Of a stretch of DNA of 17,523 bases, positions 15,644 to 17,523 are shown piece after piece. The notes beneath the pieces are model-generated. The model was not told the DNA's origin and made no database searches. It saw nothing but the letters and a program-made list of their open reading frames with translations. The translations under genes and the position numbers were made by a program. The number at the start of each line of letters is the position of its first letter. Position 1 is the first letter of the stretch. The stretch covers positions 1 through 17,523 of the IMG/VR virus record IMGVR_UViG_3300026877_000062. One strand, 5' to 3'.

Positions 15644-17523
15644 TATTTTTTGAATACCCCATCACCTCCGTTTTTATACCCTAAAATGGGGAGGCATTCC
15701 TCAACCTTGTTCACGACGTTAGCTTCTCCCTTAAAGAGCTTCATTAACTGTTCCTCACTCACTTCGTTTCTAGCGTAGAGCTGATAAGATATTGCACCTA
15801 AGGAAAAGCCCATACAATTTTCAAACTCCTCTATCACCGGTTCACCGCTTTTTTCCTCTTCTTTCTTCTCTTCCTCTTTTGCCTCTTCTAACATCACCAG
15901 TAATTTAACACCGTCCTCCGTTATCGACCACAAGTAGACGTTGCCGGGTTTCTCGAACTCTACTAGACCACGGTTGGCTAACCCCATTAATAATTCCTTG
16001 GTCGTTGAAGTGTCAAGACTGTTATCGGACGCAATTTGTGAAGTCTTCAGTTTCTCCGTCCTACGTTCGTGCAAATACTTCAACAACTTTATCTCGACTT
16101 CCGATACTCCGAAGGACGCGATTACAAACTTCCTTAGAAGGTATTTTTTGAACAAGTCCAACGTTTCCTCATCTACCTTGTCCTTGTTCAGCAACATCGC
16201 TAGAATCTGTAGAGCAAATGAAGCAAAATTTGCTATCCTAAGTGACACAGTACGTGAGAACGGCAAAGATGATGTTAACATTTCAAATATACTTTTTGGA
16301 ACGTTAGCGAATCTAGGTGTATAAGTCATCCACGCTAAAAGTGCTAATTTCGTGATATCGTCGTAGTTGAACTCATCTTCGTTTCTATTTGTGTTCTCGT
16401 AAATCTTCTGTATTATTTTTTCGACGTCTTTCTTCTCTCTAATAATAGCCACGGGAATGAAACGTGACAGGATTTGAGTCTTCTGGCTGCTATCAGCTTC
16501 CTCAATGTTAACTACAGACGTTATAACGGACGGTGCATAATCCAGAAATATCTCAACTGGTTCACCATCTACTACAGTAAGTGACCCTCCACGTCCTGAT
16601 GTCATTAACATACTCAGCAACTTTAACGCCCTCAGGTTGGTAATCTCCTGCAAATACAACAATCTCCAGCGTAAGTAGTCAGACCCCTTTTTACCCAAAT
16701 AAACAACACTCTTTGGCGTAACATCAACAACGTTATAATGATAACCATCCGGTATCATGTGCACAATACTCTCAATCGCATGTGACTTTCCTGAGCCCGT
16801 ATCACCTAATACCAGGATACCAATCCTCTTCCTTTTTGTCGTGAACAACATTTTAAACGCCATTAAAGCAAGTAGCTTCACGTCCTCATCACCCACGTGA
16901 TATTCTTCGCTCTTTTCGATAAAGTACCAAATCCCTTTCTGCTTTATCTTCTCCCACAATTCCGGGTAAGCCTTGGCAAAGTATTCGTAGATCTTCACCC
17001 TCTTCTCATTCTTAGACTTCAGTGTTTGTAGCCGTGATTCTATTGACTCAAGTATTTCCTTTATTGACGGCTTGTAATCTGTTATTTTTGCAATCTTTTT
17101 CACTGCATCCTTCAACGAGTTTTCACCGCAAACGTAACCGTTCTTTGAAGGCTTACATTCAATCATTATGTCATTATATCTTATCTGAAAATAATATGCA
17201 GTAAAAATAACAACGTCTTCTCCCTCAAACCTCAATTCGTCTCCGAACGCTGAGAAATCTACAATTACTCTATGTCTACTTGAACCAATTATTTCTAAAT
17301 GTTTCGGATCTTCGTCAAATTTACTTGAATGTGTTTTTTCAACTGACTTTTCCGGCGTTTCCGGCGCAAATAACCTGCCTGTTTCGGTTTTTCCATCTGC
17401 GCCGGGATTTTTTGTTTCCGGCGCAGATTTACGTACTGGTCTAGTATTTTGTAAATCTGCGCCGGGATTAGTATTTTTTATCATTGCGCCGGGTTTAGAA
17501 TTTGTATCATTTACGCCTGGTAA
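15643..17523 (-). CDS. Large P-loop ATPase/helicase (MCM-like AAA+) with winged-helix domain, probable replication protein; probably 5'-truncated
   Basis: Walker A GDTGSGKS, Walker B-like LLYLQE and Arg-finger-like ILSRF. A wHTH-like segment runs KTSQIAS...LANRGLV...WSITEDG. The frame stays open from ATG 17484 to the window edge (LPGVNDTNSKPGA). Confidence 0.75.
   Translation of the reverse strand, partial: LPGVNDTNSKPGAMIKNTNPGADLQNTRPVRKSAPETKNPGADGKTETGRLFAPETPEKSVEKTHSSKFDEDPKHLEIIGSSRHRVIVDFSAFGDELRFEGEDVVIFTAYYFQIRYNDIMIECKPSKNGYVCGENSLKDAVKKIAKITDYKPSIKEILESIESRLQTLKSKNEKRVKIYEYFAKAYPELWEKIKQKGIWYFIEKSEEYHVGDEDVKLLALMAFKMLFTTKRKRIGILVLGDTGSGKSHAIESIVHMIPDGYHYNVVDVTPKSVVYLGKKGSDYLRWRLLYLQEITNLRALKLLSMLMTSGRGGSLTVVDGEPVEIFLDYAPSVITSVVNIEEADSSQKTQILSRFIPVAIIREKKDVEKIIQKIYENTNRNEDEFNYDDITKLALLAWMTYTPRFANVPKSIFEMLTSSLPFSRTVSLRIANFASFALQILAMLLNKDKVDEETLDLFKKYLLRKFVIASFGVSEVEIKLLKYLHERRTEKLKTSQIASDNSLDTSTTKELLMGLANRGLVEFEKPGNVYLWSITEDGVKLLVMLEEAKEEEKKEEEKSGEPVIEEFENCMGFSLGAISYQLYARNEVSEEQLMKLFKGEANVVNKVEECLPILGYKNGGDGVFKK
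17351..17493. repeat. Cluster of CCGGCGCA repeats in alternating orientation, including a 15-bp perfect inverted repeat
   Basis: CCGGCGCA at 17361 and 17418; TGCGCCGG at 17398, 17458 and 17485. CCGGCGCAGATTTAC (17418-17432) pairs with GTAAATCTGCGCCGG (17451-17465). Confidence 0.8.

Noticed and set aside
4835-17204. Antisense or nested ORFs 4835-5050, 4986-5414, 5723-5914, 5929-6111, 6153-6341, 6282-6473, 7024-7221, 7303-7503, 9419-9655, 9643-9864, 9917-10156, 11466-11657, 11470-11763, 12111-12344, 14370-14594, 15941-16324, 17022-17204
   Set aside because: They overlap better-supported genes that have promoters, SD sites or motifs, and show no recognisable features.

Overview
AT-rich, gene-dense segment that looks like the genome of a Sulfolobales-type archaeal virus or virus/plasmid-like element. 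Evidence: archaeal BRE/TATA promoters, GGTGA Shine-Dalgarno sites, leaderless genes, an AcrIII-1/DUF1874 ring nuclease, RHH and C2H2 proteins, a small P-loop ATPase, a large P-loop/wHTH replication protein and hydrophobic capsid-like proteins. The standout feature is an RNA-guided system of the TIGR-Tas type. On the minus strand, a promoter is followed by an unannotated 58-aa AbrB-like ORF and a 343-aa IS110/Nop-fold protein that has no RuvC or HNH nuclease but carries two Zn-ribbon-like insertions. One base after its stop codon begins a ~930-bp dual-repeat array (3414-4341) with a 38-nt unit: 13-nt repeat, 9-nt spacer, 7-nt repeat, 9-nt spacer. A second 5-unit array with the same repeats lies at 645-834 and shares a guide with the main array. 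Other observations are a repeated early-type promoter marking candidate anti-defence genes, a second non-canonical promoter motif, a tandem duplication with a frameshift fusion, a hidden ACG-start ORF behind acrIII-1 and iteron-like inverted repeats inside the replication gene. All family assignments come from motif recognition by eye; no searches were run.
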